Of a stretch of 64,000 nt of DNA, positions 61,857 through 64,000 are shown in pieces. Each line of letters opens with the position of its first letter. Within the stretch, counting starts at the first letter, position 1. Below the pieces are notes generated by a model that searched no databases, was not told the DNA's origin, and saw nothing but the letters and a program-made list of their open reading frames with translations. The translations under genes were made by a program, and so were the position numbers. Origin of the DNA: Octopus bimaculoides (lineage: Eukaryota); contig NC_068990.1 in the NCBI RefSeq assembly GCF_001194135.2, positions 5,476,077 through 5,540,076 of the forward strand. Reading direction: 5' to 3'.

Positions 61857-64000
61857 CAATAATTATAACGTTATAGAACATGGATACTTGTTCATCCTCA
61901 AAATTATTTCCTCTTATTTTACACTTTTATACAGCATATTTTTATGGCCTTCATGATCTACACGTGCTTACAGGCAGTTGCAGATGTAAACTCCCGCCAT
62001 TTTCCTGTGCAGCTTCTTCAGAGTCTATCCGTTTGGTTAGTTTCGAAGGAACTGAAAAGAGTTACTAGTTATTTAGACAAAGAAGAATAATTTGTGCTTT
62101 TGAAGTTAAACTTTTAATATGACATTTAAACAGTCAAGAATAGAAACTGTAAATGTCTAGGTTTAATGCATTATAGTAGTATCAGTTTTGTTCATTTGTT
62201 TTCTACATCTGTTCAAAAACCACTAGAACCGACAATAGCTTTCAGCTCCCTCAGGCAAAAGCTGCCATTTTGTTTGGGTAGATCGAATCTATCCATTAAA
62301 TCCATATCCTCATAAATGTATGACCTGTGTTTTGATCAAGAGCCAACTTTGACTTTTATCACTCTCGATAAAATAACTTATCGGTTGTGTACTGTTATTG
62401 ATTAAACTGACACAACTCTCCCCAAAATTATGTTGTCTTGTGCCACAGTTAGCAATTCTAATGTTGTCATCAAAATGCCAGCGATAAGACTCATTTGTCA
62501 CCACATTCTATTTTTAATTACTTACACGTAATTTAAAATCTGGAGGTTGTCTCCCTGCACTTTATCTTAACAAGATTTAATCATTAGAATAATGATTATT
62601 TCTTCTAACTACATTATTTTTGCACATATTTTATTAGCGCGCGTCACTTTGAGACATTGAATGCAGTTGCACTGCATTCAGAGAAATAAAAAGTATCCAT
62701 GCTTTTACATCCATTTACAGCCTCATATTTTGGCTGTGAATTTCATCCTTTCGTTCCCACTCTTTCTCTCACTTTCTCTCTTTCTCCCCCCCTCTCTCTC
62801 TCTCTTTCTTTCCCCTTCCCCCCTCTCTCTCTTTCCCTCCAATAATCACTAGCTTAAAGACATTAATTTTGATGTATACTAATCTTATCAGGTAGCCATA
62901 ATTATACAATAAAGTACTATTTTTTAGGACGGAAATGAATTCTCTTTTTCTTCTACGCTGGTGAAATATGAAAGATGACTAAGATTTATGTAAAGCGAGT
63001 ATAATTTAATATTCCATAGCATTAATATACTGCTGGTTATTACGAAAGCTGCAATGCTTCGCTTCGATAAGATTCCGGAATCTTACAAACGCAAAGCTTT
63101 CCTTTCTTACAATCTCCTAATTCATTAAATATTTACTACTCCTCGATTTATGGGATGTAGAACCAAAAATTTCCGCTTCTTTGTCTGCCTCTCTCCCCTT
63201 CTCTCTCGTATTTCTTAGTTATATCTGATAAATATTTCTTCTTTTAATGGATATCATTTTGGTGTGATTGGGTTTGTTGTACAACTATAGATTGTCATTA
63301 GAATTAGAATTATTGTCTAAGAATAGAATTTCTTATCCTACATATATACGGTCAATCATTTCGCACAATCAATTTCTTATCAGAATTACTCTGTAAAGTT
63401 TCAATTTCAGATTTAAAGATCATAAGATTGNNNNNNNNNNNNNNNNNNNNNNNNNNNNNNNNNNNNNNNNNNNNNNNNNNNNNNNNNNNNNNNNNNNNNN
63501 NNNNNNNNNNNNNNNNNNNNNNNNNNNNNNNNNNNNNNNNNNNNNNNNNNNNNNNNNNNNATATATATATATATATATATATATATAATTGTTTTTGAAT
63601 GTATTAACGTATATTTTACTGAGAACATTATCTATAGATTTTTCTTGTTATGAGAATTTATAGGAGAGTTTTGGAGTCTAAACTTTTAATAAACTTAGAA
63701 TAAAGAATATAGTTGATGTTCGCCTTATCTTCAGTTATCAGAAAAAAGTTGATAAATACCACAAGAATAATAAAGTTTTCCTCCTCTATTCAACTCACTT
63801 GTTTATCTTGACTGAAACAATAAGCAGGCGTCCTCGGGTATTTTTTTATTTATTTATTTATTTGTATAGTCATTCTTTTAAGTTACAACTCAGTTAAATG
63901 TTGATTCACAACAAATCTACATCTCTCTAATCATTCTAAGATCTAGCAGTTACAGAATTACTACAGTTACCTGATGCGGTTTAATAAGATCATAACACGT

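Overview
AT-rich animal genomic DNA from a draft assembly, with 14 N-gaps, most of them at collapsed (TA)n/(CA)n tracts. The repeat families match, from recall, those of octopus (coleoid cephalopod); this is inference, not a database result. No host protein-coding gene can be called with confidence, and only a few weak exon candidates are noted. The window reads as intergenic or intronic and is filled with tRNA-derived SINEs of at least four families, decayed LINEs (two RTE, one CR1, one L1/Tx1 plus a second 3' end), three TIR MITEs (mariner-like, Tigger/pogo-like, hAT), microsatellites, and a GC-rich 28S rRNA fragment stranded between microsatellites. The most notable signal is a set of type I hammerhead ribozyme motifs (CUGANGA...GAAA...NUH) with short palindromic stem III, the architecture known from Penelope-like element (PLE) terminal repeats and retrozymes. 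Two are nearly complete (6269-6364, 16931-17030), several others are degenerate, and no PLE ORF is visible in the window. There are also several long inverted repeats or palindromes (2876-2959, 12251-12870, 49234-49411, 54255-54325). Almost all entries in the ORF track are microsatellite or gap artefacts.
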